A stretch of DNA of 64,000 nt from Octopus sinensis (Eukaryota), in assembly GCF_006345805.1 (NCBI RefSeq), contig NC_043004.1, forward strand, positions 28,768,001 to 28,832,000. The letters are read 5' to 3'. Shown piece by piece: positions 12,903 through 27,600 of the stretch. The stretch's first letter is position 1. Each line of letters opens with the position of its first letter. Position numbers and translations under genes: made by a program. The notes below the pieces were generated by a model that had not been told where the DNA came from, did not search any database, and saw only the letters and a program-made list of their open reading frames with translations.

Positions 12903-14451
12903 CCCTGAATCAAAATCAGTGCATGACCTGGGCATTGACATGAACAATGATGCATCTCTCCAAGTGCATATTACCAATTTGGTAATAAAATGCAGATGGC
13001 TGGCTTGATGGCTCCTCAAAACTTTCAAAACAAGAAAAAAGGAGATTTTGATGATCCCATGGAGGAGATATGTTCTCAGCTGCTTAGACTATTGCTCCCA
13101 ACTATGCTCATCACACAATAAGAAATCCACAGTGGAACTCGAAGTAATCCAACGAAGCTGCACTAAGAAAATTGTCTCAATGCAACATGTCAGCAACTGG
13201 GAAAGAGTTAAAGAATTAAAACTCTTCTCTCTAAAACAGGAGAGATATGCAGTGATATACATCTGGAAAATCCTAGAAGGCCTTGTACCAAGCTTTGGCA
13301 TTGAAAGTTACCCAAACTGCAGAACAGGGTGCTACTGCATAGTGCCAAAGATCCCAGCATCGCCATCAAAACACAGGACCAGATATTGCAACAGTTTGGG
13401 CATCAAGGGCCCACAGCTCTTTAATATCCTTCCAAAATGCTTGAGAGACCTGCATGGTGTGGATGTAAGTGTCTTTAAAACAAAACAGGAGATCTTCCTG
13501 TTATGAGGTTCCAGATGAGCCTATCTCACGGCAGGAAATGCAGATGATGGCAGCAGCATCAAACTCCGTCATTGTCCAAATGCCACCTATCAGAGGAAGT
13601 TCCAAATAATGATATAGCTCTGTCAACAGTGGTGCTCCAGCCTGACTGCAGCTTTGCAGCTGAAACATTTTAAAATAATTAAAATAAAATAAAATTATAT
13701 ATATATGTGTGTGTGTGTGTGTATATATATATATGTATGTATATATATGCATATATATATGTATATATATGTATAGAGATATGTATATATATATATTCTG
13801 TTGTGTCTGGGGAGATTCATTCTCTTTTGATGCCTTATAATTTAACACACCCACCAGTAAAATTTCCACCTATTTCTTTTTTATTTTTCTAAAATTTTTC
13901 TTGCGTATATATATTGAGGCAATGACAAGTGACCAAGACATTTAGGGATATGCAGTGCTTGGGAAGACCTGGCAAACCAAGTGAGACTGTAACTGTGACC
14001 AATGCCAGTGCAGCATAACCAGCCCATTTAAGAGTACCCTTCAATCATTGGGCAATAAAATGCACTGGCAAAGACCTGTTGAGGCAAGTGAAATCGCTGT
14101 CATAGCCAAAGTCAGTACTGCCTAATTGGCACCTGTGCCAGTGGCACATTAAGAGCGCCATTCGAGCATGATTATTGCCAGTGCCACCTGACTGGCTCCT
14201 CTGCCAGTTGTATGTAAAAAACATCATTCAAGCGTGATCATTGACTGGTGGCACATGAAAAGCACCCACTACACTCTTGGAGTGGTTGGCATTAGAAAGG
14301 CATCCAGCTGTAGCAGCTCTGCCAGATCAGATTGGAGCCTGATGCAGCCTTCTGGCTCGCCAGCCCTCAGTCAACCCATGTCCAACCCATGCCAGCATGG
14401 AAAGCAGATGTTAAACAACGACGATGATGACGTTTTATTTATATATATGTG

Positions 14452-14489
<38 letters not shown>

Positions 14490-17400
14490 TGTAAATACGT
14501 ATATATATATGTGTGTGTATGTATATGTATATGTGTGTATATATATGTTTTTATGGTACAACCCAGTTAAGAGTACCCCTGATGTGTCGGGCGATATATG
14601 CTTGATGTATGTTGAGTCAAGTAAAACCAATATTGTAGATGTGGCCAATGACCCAACTGGCTCCTGTGCCTCTGGCTCAGGAAAAGCACCATCCAAATGT
14701 GGTCAATGCCAGTACCCTCTGAGTGGCTCCTATGCCGTTAGCATATAAAATGCACCATCTGAATGTGGCTGATGCCAGTACCCACTGACTGGCCCCTATG
14801 CCGGTGGCACTTAAAATGCACTATCTGTATGTGATTGATGCCAGGCCTGCCTGACTGGCTCCTGTACCAGTGGCATGTAAAAAGCACCCACTACAGTCCC
14901 AGAAAGGTTGGTGTTAGGAAGGGCATCCAGCTGTAGAAATATTGCCAGATCAAGTTGGAGCCTGGTGCAGCAGCTAGCTCCCCAGTCCTCAGTCAAACCG
15001 TCCAACCCATGCCAGCATGGAAAACAGACGTTAAACGATGATGATGATGATCAAAATTTTTTCCTGAGTGTTTGGTTTTGACCAGAAATTAATCTCCTTG
15101 GTTCAGTCTGGGGTGTTTGAGGTGTAAGGTGTTGTTGCAACTCTACTTTCAGAGCATCCTCCTTCACTGCTAATAAGTTCACTTAAGAGAGACTATTTAC
15201 TACTTCTAGGGAGCTTCCTGGGCATTTCAGAAAGTCTGTTTCCTGTGTGCTCTATTTATATATTCATCACGCACATCAGCCTGAAACAAATTCTACTTTC
15301 TCTGCTAACCCTCCTGTGATCCCACTGCTCTTATGTATCCATAGTCTGCACTGAGTATACTATGGAATTTCTACCTACACCTTGTCTACATACCAGAAGG
15401 GATTACTGTCCTATTTTGTTTTCCTGCTAACTAGAACCTTGATCTTTGCGAAGTCAACTTTAAGACACTTTGATTCCAGGTTTGGCGTCCACACTTATTG
15501 TTAACTCTCACTTTGCTAACAGCATTTCTGTTCATGGATTGAATGTCTCTCACCAGTCTTTCATCGACTCCTGGCTTCTGCAGCAACCATAAGACGAGAG
15601 AGAGCAAGGAATCCTGTCAAACGTTTGTTCCAGGTCAAGGAATGCTAAGTACAGTAGTTTATATTTTGCTAAATACTTCTGCCATTGCCAAACTATAAAA
15701 AGAGTATCTGAAGTACTTCTCCCTGACATGAAAGCAAACTAAAATCTCATCTCGGTTAGCTCTCTTTCTAATTAACAGAGCAGTGATTCGTTCAGCAACT
15801 TCATTAACTGGTCCAGTAATTTGACACTTCTGTAATTACTTTTTTTCAAGCTATTTCTTTACCCTTGTAACATTTGACTACAATGCTGCCACACCAATTA
15901 CTGGGTATGATGGTTATATGAGTAACCAGACCATATCCTACACTACCAGATATTTCAATCATTTCAGAAGAAATTCTTAATGGACCAGGGGCCTACCCAG
16001 TTTTCATACTCTTAACTACTCTATCTATAACACTGCATTTAACAAGAATAGCTGGATCCTCTATCGTGATCACATTAGGAAGAGTCTCTTTCTCCCATGC
16101 ATTCTCCACATCTAATAATAGCACTTTCATAATAGCAATTCCATGCCTCCTCATTTTTAGAATCACTTTTACACACACACCTCTCTCCTACAACATTTTG
16201 ATTCTCTTTGTTATACTGGCTTGGAATGCAGAACACCTCATGCTAATGGTCATCATGATGAAGAACATTAGTAAACCTCTTCTTTTCTGCCTCTTCCCTT
16301 GCTAAATAGACCTGTCTCCCAGCTTCTCTTCTAGCAACCTGGTAAAGTTCACTGCAACTCCATTCTTCCAAACTTTCCAAGCCTGCCTCTTTGCTTCTAT
16401 TGCTCTGTCTACTTCTCTGTTGCACCAAGACATCACCCTTGGCCTAGCTGGAATTTTATACTAGCCACAAATTTTATTTGTAGCCCTCAATAGATTGTCC
16501 ATGAACTTCTAACTGTCTTCTATGCTATGTCTCTATCCCTTCCTATTTTTAACCAAATACTTTAATTAGAACACTTCCAAATCTCTGACATGCATCACCT
16601 TCTTCTTCACCCAATTCACCAGAAGGTCAAGCTTTGCAGATTCTTCTCCATAAATGGTCAGTGCATCTCTGAGCTGGTGAATTGAGTTGCTGAAAAGGGT
16701 GATATTGTTCACATATTCCAGGTCAGTAAGGTGGTAGTTCCCGAAGGTAACACCAGACTCACTTACAGAGACCATGAGTGGCCATGTAGCTCTGTCTAAC
16801 ACTGCTATTGATGGGGAACCAGCCAGCGTCCTTCCTGTTCATTTGCAGGCAGCTCTCAGCACTGCTATAGAGGGTGGAGATCTTGGGAGGTAGACTAATA
16901 ACCTCGAGAATTTTCTAGAGAGATGTGTGGTTGACCATGTTGAAAGTTGCCTTGGGGTCGATGAAGGTAGTGTAGAGGTGGCAATCTTTGCGCAACTCCT
17001 AAGATCTTTCAGTGATAAGATGAAGGGGAAAATTACGGTCGGCAGTAGATTGTTTCAGCATGAATCTGGATTGTAGTAGGTGGCATCTGCTTCTCATAGT
17101 AGAAAGAGCACAGTTGAGAAGGATTCATGTCAGAGATGGCCTGGGCCGTCCTCCCTCCTCTCCATATTGGCCCTGATGATGTTGAAGTGTTTGTCAGCTC
17201 CTTCATCTACCTGGACTCCACAGTTATCAACAATGGAGATCTGACCCTGAAGATCAACCACAAATGTGGCCTGATCCCTATGGAAGCCCCTATGGCACCA
17301 CTGCACTATCTCTCAGAAGACAAAACACCACGTCAACAACACATCGGTCCTCTCTATTCTCCTCTATGGAACAGAATCATGACTCCTCTCGAAGATACAG

Positions 17401-20400
17401 CAAAGCTCTGAGAACCAGAGAACATCAGATGGTACCATCACATTTCCAGCAAAGAACTGCATGTGTGCATGCATCAAGCTGCAGCCTCCCACTTCATAGC
17501 TGTCTGTCACATGCACCAGTATGGACATGTCCTGTCTCCTGCTAGATGACCCTACCAGGACTTTACTCTCATTTGACAGGACAACTGCAGGCTGGAAGAG
17601 GTTTTCTTGGCAGGATCTGTACCAATCTGGCTGGATGTAAATGGGGAAGATCTCTAGAGGCTCAATGTCACCTTGGAGGATGTACAGGGGCTGGCATGAG
17701 ACCACTGTGATGGAGATCACTGGTGGACCTAGTCGGCTCTATGCATGATGATGTCTATGAAACCACTCACTTGGAAATGACCCCAGCCCCATCAAACAAG
17801 AGCATGAGTCAAGAAGCCAAGCTAAATCTGACTGAAAGATTCCTAAACTTTCAGATCTTCCTTTCCCAGATTAGTTTGCATCTCTGAGACCACTGATACA
17901 AAGTCTGAAGTTACTACTATCCTATGTTGGGAAGTACATTCTTCATCAAGAAAGGACTTTGCATTCACAAGTATCTGCCTACCTTGCTTTATAGTGAGAA
18001 TGTAGTCAACCTGGCTTTTGTGCGTACCGGATTCAATAGGTGATCAAAAGGTTGATAGGTTAATGTTGCAGATCAACAAGCCATTAGCACTATAGACTCC
18101 CAGTAACCTTCTTCCCTCCCTATTTCTAAAATCCCACACACCTATGTATGCATACATATATACAAACATACATACACACACACACATATATACATATATA
18201 CACATATATATGTGTATGACTGTGTGCGTATGTGTGGGGATCTCACAAAAGAGCAAACTCATGGAACAGATAGTCAGATGGAAACTAATTGCATTCCTTG
18301 ACGAGAATGACTTGCTGAACAACACTCAGCACAGTTTTCAACCAAGTAGAAGCTGCCTGGCACAGCTCTTGCAGCACTACAGCTGGGTGTTTAAGAAGCT
18401 AACCAACAACTCAAATGTGGATGTCATATAGTTTGACTTTGCAAAATCTTTTGATAAAGTTGACCATGATATATGCTATAAGCTGCATAATCACAGCATA
18501 GTTGGAAAACTTGGAGAGTGGTCACACAACTTTCTAAACGATAAAAATTAGGTAGTAGTAGTCAACAGGACTACCTCCAAGGAAATGTAAATAATGAGTG
18601 GTGTTGGTCATACACTTTGACCACTGAGTAACTCTCGCTATGCATGAATGAAATCCAACCTCTGAAACTGGCTGTTTTTAGGACTGCTGCTAAGTAGCAA
18701 TGATTGATCCTGCCGAAAGCTGCAACTGATTCAAAATGACCAAGGCCCACCAATGCCAGATTTGTTACCTGCTCTCTCCAAGGTGAATCACATAAGGCCA
18801 AGGTGGAAGTTGTGTGATAGATGGATCTATTGGGATTGCATACATTCGTGTTTTCCCAAATAACCTACAAACAAGTGCTAACCTCGCTCCTACACCCAGG
18901 TCAAAATCTAAAATTCTACATTCAGAAGGGTTATGATCCAGAAATTAACAATAATATCCCCTTTGTTCGCATTCCTTCTCAGCAGCAATCACAAACCACA
19001 GCTCACAGAACTGGGAATTCTATTCTGAAGCCAGTTGCAGTGAACACTTGCAAAGAGATCACCAACCAAGTCTGACATATAACTGCAAATCTTATAAGGC
19101 AGATCATCTAAACCAGGTGATTTGTCCCTTCCGCAACTACTCAATACCTCCCATATATCATTTGTTGATATTGGCCTATTGAAGTGCTTTGCTTTTCCAG
19201 TGAGAAGTGTGTGGCCAGGCTGTTGAGGTAGGAACTGCAGTCCATAACCATATCTTATCTACCACTTACTTCAAAAAGTCAATTAAAGTGCTGCTGGAAT
19301 GCAGTGCACATTTGTTTATGGCAAAATACTATGTGCCCTTCACGGTATGTCAAGGCCTGAATTGTGACTTTGTGACCACAGAGCACCTCCTAACTTATAC
19401 CCATCAAATTGCTTTTGTTCCTGCTTGTTTTACCTTATGAGCTCTATCTCTGACAATGCAGCTTTTGTGTTTTGTGCTGAAGACATTAAGCACATTGATT
19501 GCTATGCCTTTTCTAACCACTTCTGCTAACTTGCTAACTAGCTTCCTCGCTATCATTAGCACTCTATCTAAAACTATGAACCCATATTTTTAACAACAAA
19601 ACAGCAAAACAGGTGATTTGTCCCTGCTGCAACCACTTGATACTTCTCATATATCAGTTGTTGTTAACAGCCTATTGCAGTGCCTTGCTTTCACAATGAG
19701 AAGTGTGTGTGACCAGGCTGTTGAGGTAGGCACTAAAGTCCATAGCTATATTTAATCTACCACTTACTTCAAACAGTCAAAATGAAGTGATAAAGTTTGC
19801 CTTGCAATAAATAGTGTGGTGTAAAATTTCTGCTGCATAATTAGAGCCAATTACTACATGAATGGTTTACTCACCACCAGAATGATGACAGGTAAAGCTG
19901 ATTACCTGCAAGATATGGACTCAATGAAACAGGGAAAGTAAAATCTGTATATTGTGTTTATTTATTCTTGCTTGTGTGAACACACTACCCTAACGATAAG
20001 AGGATGGATAATCTAATAAGTGAGGAATGAATGGAAGAGACACAGATCTTGCAAGCTACATCCTGGCAATTCATCTAGCAGAGAAGAAACTCTAGTTAAA
20101 AATTAATAGTGAGAGAGTATAGGACACTTTTTATTTCTGTCACAGACAATATCTCAGAATAGGTGACAAGGAAAATCAGATATAGAATGATGATTCTGAA
20201 GAAAAAAGGTTTCTAACTTTGACATATTTTAAGAGAAAAGCAATATAACCAACCCTAATAAGTATGCAAAAGGTAAACATGATTCAAGCTGAATTCGAAA
20301 AAAAACAATTATAAAGAAACGGACACAAAATGTATTGCAAAAATATATAACTTGATTACTACCATTTCAGGGATAACACTGCCATAATGGTCATGATGAC

Positions 20401-23095
20401 AGCAAGGATGATGATAGTAATAAGGGTAGTAATATTTGTGGAAGTAGTAATAAAAAAATAAATAAAACACAACAGAGTTGTAACATAGTAGGATTGAAAT
20501 GATTTTGTTCAATTATACAACTAAACATAAAAATGATATTGACAATAACAAGTTGAAATTCTAATAAGGAATAAATCATTAATTCCCTACATTGAAGCAT
20601 ATTGAATTTTTAACCCCTCTTTACTTGCAAATATTGTATTTAGTTATCCCTTGTGAGAATTTTCGTTCAGGGATGAGTTTTGTTCTATTTTTTAATTTAA
20701 CTAATTATTATTTCTATCTGTTAAGTATGTCTTTATGACCAAGATGTCCTTCCTAGAAGCAACTCTTGCAAGAAAATAAAATCTAGAACCTTACAGAAGA
20801 TAAATGGAGGTAAAAATACTGGAGATGGTAAAAGAATATAAAAAAATACAGACATAGGATCACGTTAGGCAAATTGTTAAGGAATGACTCACCTCATAGC
20901 GCTGTGATAATTCAAATTTCATTCGCAGAAATTTCTTTAAATGTGCAACTGTGAAAGCTGCAGGACACAGCAGATAACGAATTTCTTTGCCCTGAAATTG
21001 CCAAATAAAAAGGTATACATAAAAATTCTTTTGAAAATATATTTTTTTGTTTTGCATTCTAGAGATGCTAGAATATAATATAAAATGGATGCTATAAATA
21101 GTCACACACACACACAGATATCATAGCCTAACTAATTAGTGGGAGAATTAGTCAAGATAAGATGCAGCTTGGTTTTGTACCAGGGAGAAGCACCACTGAT
21201 GCTATATTTCTGGTAAGGCAACTGCAGGAGAAATACATAGCCAAAGATAAACCTCTGTACTTAGCTTTTTTTGACTTGGAGAAAGCTTTTGACAGGGTCC
21301 CCTGATCCCTTATCTGGTGGTCAATGCAGAAATTAGAGATAGACAAGTGAGAGTTGTACATGCCATGTACAGAGACACTACTAGTAACAAGGTGAGGATT
21401 GGCAATGAGTACAGCGAAGAATACAGGGAACAAGTAGGGGTTCACCAAGGATTGGTCCTAAGTACTCTCTTGTTCATCATAGTCCTCCAGGCAATAACAG
21501 AGGAATTCAAGACAGGCTGCCCCTGGGAGTTCCTCTATGCTGATGACCTTGTTCTTATAGCTGAATCACTACCAAAACTAGAAAAGAAGTTCCAGGTATG
21601 GAAGCAAGGTCTAGAATCGAAGGGCCATTGAGTTAACTTAGCAAAAACCAAAGTCTTAGTAAATAGGAAGGCAGACAAATCATAAGTCCCTTCAGGTAGA
21701 TGACACTGCTTGATCTGTAGAAAAGGTGTAGGTAGTAACACTGTAAGATACACCAGTGAAAGCTTTGGACACATAAAAGGTGCAGTAATATCAGAGAAAG
21801 GTTAACAGGGAAAATAGCTTTTGTGTGTGGTAGATGCACAGGTACCATAAACATACAAAAATGTACAGAAAATAGACTCCATCACCTGCAAGGGGAGTAA
21901 GCTAGAGGTAGTAGATAGCTTCCGTTACCTTGGTGATCAAGTTAATAGTGGAGGTGGATGCTCCAAGAGCATAGCTGTCAGAATAAGATTAGGTTGGATA
22001 AAGTTTAGAGAGATCCTGCCTCTGCTGGCAACAAAGAGCCTCTCTCTCAGGGTGAAAGACAGAGTGTATGATGCTTGTGTGTGAACAGCTATACTACATG
22101 GCAGTGAAACATGGGCTGTGACAGCTGAGGACATGTGTAGGCTTGAAAGAAATGAAGCCAGTATGCTTTGCTGGATGTGCAATGTCAGTGTGCATGTTTG
22201 ACAGAGTGTAAGCATCTTGAGAGAAACGTTAGGCATAAGAGGAATCAGACATGGTGTGCAAGAGACGAATGTGCTGGTATTGTCATGTAATGCATATAGA
22301 CAAGGACAGCTGAGTAAAGAAGGGAACTTGTAGTAGAAGCAGACCCAGGAAAACATGGGATGAGGTGTTGAAGCATGATCTCTGAACTTTGGGCTTCACA
22401 GAGGCAATGACTAGTGACCAAGACCTTTGGCGATATGCTGTGCTTGAGAAGACCTGTCAGGCCAAGTGAAATCACAGTTGTGGCTGATGCTGGTGTGACA
22501 TAGCTTGCACCTGTGCAGGTGGCACATAAAGAGCATCTTTTGAGCGTTGAGCTTCATGGAGACAGAGTGGTTGAGCTCCTTTCGAGTGTTGGGCCTCACA
22601 GAGGCAATGACTGACACCTTTGGCATTATGTTGTGCTTGAGAAGAAGACCCATCAAGCCAAGTGAAAATGGCAGTCGTGGCGGATACCAGTGTTATGCAA
22701 ATGGCATGTAAAAGCACCTTTCGAGCATTGGGCTTCATAGAGGTAAAAACCAAGTCCATTTGGCATTATGCCATGCTTGAGAAGAAGACCCACTAAACAA
22801 AGTAAAACTGCAGTTGTGACATATACTGGTGTTACGCAAATGGCACCCATGCCAGTGGCGCGTAAAAAAGTACCCAATATACTCTCAGAGTGGTTGGTGT
22901 TAGGAAGGGCATCCAGTTGTAAAAGCCATTCCAAAACAGACTGGAGTCTGATGCAGCCTTCCAGCCCTGGTCAAACCATCCAACCCATGCCACCATGGAC
23001 ATCGGATGTTGAGTGATGATGTGTCTATATATATTTATTTAAATGGCGATGTGTATATATACATATATGTATTTAAATAATGATGGTGTGTATGC

Positions 23096-23129
<34 letters not shown>

Positions 23130-24466
23130 GTATTTATTCAAATGACGGTGATGTATATATGAGGGGGTACCCAAAAGGAACCGGAAATTTGCAATATTAT
23201 TTTATTCACTTAGATTCACATGTTTACACTTTTATTGCTTTCAAAGTAGTCTCCATTTGAAACAATGCCTTGGTCCAGACATGTTTCCCACTGTTCAAGG
23301 CAGTGCTGAAACTCATGCAAAGTGATGCCTTTTAACACCTCCATCATTTTTTACTTCACCTCTTCCACATTTGCGAAACATTTTCCTTTAAGGATATTTT
23401 TCATTTGGAGGAACAAAAAAAGAAATTGCAGAGGACAAGACTGGGTGAATAGGAGGGGTGGGTAAGAGGGGTCATGCCATTTTTGGTCAAAAACGTCTCA
23501 CACTCAAGGCAGTGTGCACAGGCACATTGTCATAATGAAACTACCACTTTCCACTTTGCCACAGGTCGGGGCGTCTTAATCTCACCATGTCTTGCAAATG
23601 CTTCAAAAGTGCTCAGTAAAATATCTGGTTAACAGTCTGAGCAGGAGTAACAAATTCTGTGTGGACAATTCCTTTCACACCAATGAAACAAATCAGCATC
23701 GTCTTGACATTGGACTTGACTTGACGTGCTATTTTGGGGCATGGTGACATCAAATTCTTCCACTGATTGATTGCTGCTTCGTTTTCAGGTTGTAGCTGTA
23801 GCACTAGCTTTTGATACCAGTCATGACCTGCCAAAAAAAGGTCCGGATCAACTTCCAACTGTTCTTTCAGTTCACAACACGCTTCCAGTTGTGACAAGCA
23901 AAGTACAAATTTTGCTGCAATTCTTTTCATTTGCAATTCCTCACTCAAAATTCATTGGCAGGAGCCCCAGGACACATATCAACAAGTTTGTCAATTGTTT
24001 GGCGATAGCCCTCAAAGACCAGTACATGAATTTTCATGATATTTTCATTTGTTCAGGAGGTTGATGGTTGCTCTGAACGAGGTTGGTCTTCAAGCAACAA
24101 GTGACAATTCCTAAAGTGTGAAAACTGCTTGCTAACTTGTGTTTTGCTAATGGCAGCATCTTAGTATGCTGTCTGAGGCATGACAACTGTTTCAGCTGCC
24201 ATTTTCCCTGGCAGAAAACAGAATTTCATGGAAGCACACTGTTCTTTTGTTTCAGCCATCACAAAAATTGACGATCAAGGGAGAAGCAGTATAAAATAAA
24301 TATGCACCACGTGGCAGTAGAACCTCACAGAACACTGCTGGTTGGCAGACTGATGCCTGGGTGTCACATTAAATGGTTTCTAGCAGTAGAAGCCAGAACT
24401 ACAATGATCTTGTCCCACAAAGAACATTTCCAGTTACTCTTGGGTACCCCTTCATATATAGGCATA

Positions 24467-24498
<32 letters not shown>

Positions 24499-24565
24499 AT
24501 TAGGGAGTAAATCCAAACTTACAGGGAAAAGTTAGATTTAGGATTAAATCTAATTTTACAGTATA

Positions 24566-24603
<38 letters not shown>

Positions 24604-27600
24604 TATATATATATAAATTTATAAATATAAATTAATAATTTAAATTTTTAACTTTAAATTTAAATAATTTAAATTTTGAATATTATATTTTATATATTAT
24701 ATTAATTAATTTTATTTCTATGTTTTGGTTTATGTTTTTCACTGTTTGATTTGCCTAATAGTGGTTTTATCTCTAATTTAATTTATATATATATATATGG
24801 GTATATCTATGCATTTATTTGCATATATATGAAGATATGTATATGTATCAGATCATCATCATCTAATATTCATTTTCTAAGCGGGCATGGGTTGGACGGT
24901 TTGACAGGAGCTGGCCAGCCGAAGAGCTGCCTAAGACCCCATGTCCATTTTGGCATGGTTTCTATGGTTTCCTAATGCCAACCACTGTACAGAGTGTACA
25001 AGGTGTTTTCAAGCAGTACTGGCACAGATGTATTTCATGGGGTACCAACAACCACAAGCCTGCAAGATTAGAAATGTTCAGCTGGAGAGAGATGCAGGGA
25101 ACAAACCTGTATGCAAGAACCATGCTTTTACTTAGCTTGGCATGTTTTCTCAAGCACAGCAGACTGCCAGGGGTCTCAGTCCTCTGTTCACCTGTCTCTG
25201 AGTCCCAACATCTGTAGATCCTTTCTCACCACTTCATCAGTCTTCCTGGGCCTAGCCCTTCTATATGTTCCCTCTAAAATTAGAGACCGGCACCTCTTGA
25301 TAAAACTGTCTTCATTCATATGTATTACATGACCATACCATTGGAGTCTTCTCTCTTGCACACTACATCTGATGCCTCATATACCCAGTTTTTCTTTAAA
25401 ATCTCTTATACTCGGTTGTATATGCATCCTAACAGTACCCATCCAGCAGAGCATACTGGCTTCATTTCTTTCAAGCCTTTGCATATCGTCAGTAGTCATA
25501 GCTCACGTTTCACAGCCATGTAGCATAGCTGTCTGTACACAAGCATCATACAATCTGCCTTTCAGTCTGAGGGAGAGGCCCTTCATTACTATCAAAAGTA
25601 CTAGCTCTCTGAATATCCCCCAGCCCATTCCTATTCTAGCAGCTATACTTTCAGAACAACCTCCCCACTAGAAAACGAAAACTGTCCCCTATTCTAAGGA
25701 TCATCACTGACATTTGAGGAAGTCTATTTTTTAAACATTCCTGGTATTTATTGTACCTACACATCTGCCACATCTACAGACTACTTTCTACCTTTAGTCT
25801 TTCAATGATACTGCCGCACTTCTTGTGTGTCCAGAGTTGAACATACAACCACAAACAATCATTGTGCTGTGTGCATGGAGAAACATAGGAAGAACTAAGA
25901 GAGCAAATCCTGGTGCTCAGTATAAGGGCCTGCCAAAACAGTCAAAGACTATTTTCTGGTGTAACCACTGATTAGTGAAAAACGATTTGAACATCTTGTA
26001 TTTTATCATTTTTCACCATTTTGTATCCTTGTTGTGAAACAAGCATATCTTTCAGCATATATTCTAGAATTAAAAGTTTTCAGTGAAACTCACTGGGAGA
26101 TTAGGGTGGTGCATTCAATATCTGTGTGTGATTAGGTTTCAGAGGGTTAATAAGACACAAACTAAGACTTGATGAGATATACTTTGGTATTGTGCCTGGG
26201 AGAAGGACTACTGATGTTATCTTCCTGGTAAGATAACAGCTGAGGAAGTATTTATTTAAGAATAAACCATGGTACTTGGCATTTATGACCTGGAGAAAGC
26301 CCTCAACAGGAGTCTCCCACTCTGTGATATGGTGGCCTCTAAGGAAGTTAGGGATAGACTTGTGAAATCTGTACAATCCATGTACAGTGGTGCTGTCAGT
26401 AAGGTGAGAGTTAATCATGAATACAGTGATGGAATTCTGTGAGTGTGTGAAGGCAGGCATTCACTAAGGATCAATTCTCAGTCTCTTCTTATTCAACATT
26501 ATCCTCCAAGTCACAACAGAAGAATTTAAAACCAGCTGCTCTTGGGGACTACTACATGCTGATGATTTTGCTTTCATAATGGAAACTGTAACATAATTAG
26601 GAAAGAAATTCCAGATGGAACACACTATCCAAACCTCTTACCCTTGACTATTGTCAGGAGTTGCATTACCTGATTCACACAATGGTGATTATACTAATTA
26701 AATAATATAAACGCCACCTATATAACACTTCAAATTGTTAATAATTAGACTACTTCCTACTGCTGGCTTTCTTTAATATCCCATCTGGTTCTTCCTCTAA
26801 CTCCGTACAAGGTGTACTTTATTATATAACACCCTGTTTCTTTGAACTACTCAATGATAAGTAGTACTCTACTATTACTACTAGGTCTTTCCTCTCTGGG
26901 CAAACATGTCCTAATATTACAAGTGATCCCCACTAACTCATATAACATATTCATGTCTAAAACAACACCCTGTATCTTTCCACTGTATCAGATAAACCAT
27001 TCCTGCTTCACACTACAATTCCTTAAAAGTTAGATCTTATTACTCGATTGCCTTTGTACCCTTCTCCAACTTTCATCCTATATCCACAGAATACCCCTAA
27101 ATTCTGTATATCTCTGCCCTTCTCCCTTAGTTAACAAATCCTAAACCCCAACCCTATGCCTAATAGGCCTGTATGCATTTATTTTCCTTCACTTTTATTT
27201 TTCACTATCTTTATTCTTTATCTTTAATTTATCTTCAGTCCTCTCCCAGCCTACTATAGTATCATTTACATTCCACTCCAGCCTACCAAAGAACCAATCT
27301 AGCAGACTCCTAACTCACCCAGGTCACTGACCTTAAATATCATATTACACCCTTTCACAAACTATACTCTTAACCTAACCCCATCCCCTAATGCCCACAA
27401 TGGTCAACTTTGTTGATCATTCTCCCATTTCAGAGTTAGCCTCAACAGATATCAGCCACAACCTTGCTGTATTCTTTGGTTTGTAAAATTACGTTTCATC
27501 TGATGATTACAATTTCTTATAATGGAGTAATGTTCTCATTATTCTATCAAAAAAAAAGTGTAAGAAACAGCTGTAATGAGCTGATAATTATCCATTTGAT

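Noticed and set aside
12700-14560. Tyr/Ile/Cys/Val-rich short ORFs
   Set aside because: Translations of (TA)n and (TG)n microsatellites
22385-22860. CRISPR-like repeat array
   Set aside because: These are degenerate tandem LINE 3' units without unique spacers, in eukaryotic DNA
27420-27470. ctgttga..gaaa (and ctgatga..gaaac near 44560-44595) on the minus strand as hammerheads
   Set aside because: Core mutated or stems absent; both lie in or next to pyrimidine-rich repeat UTRs
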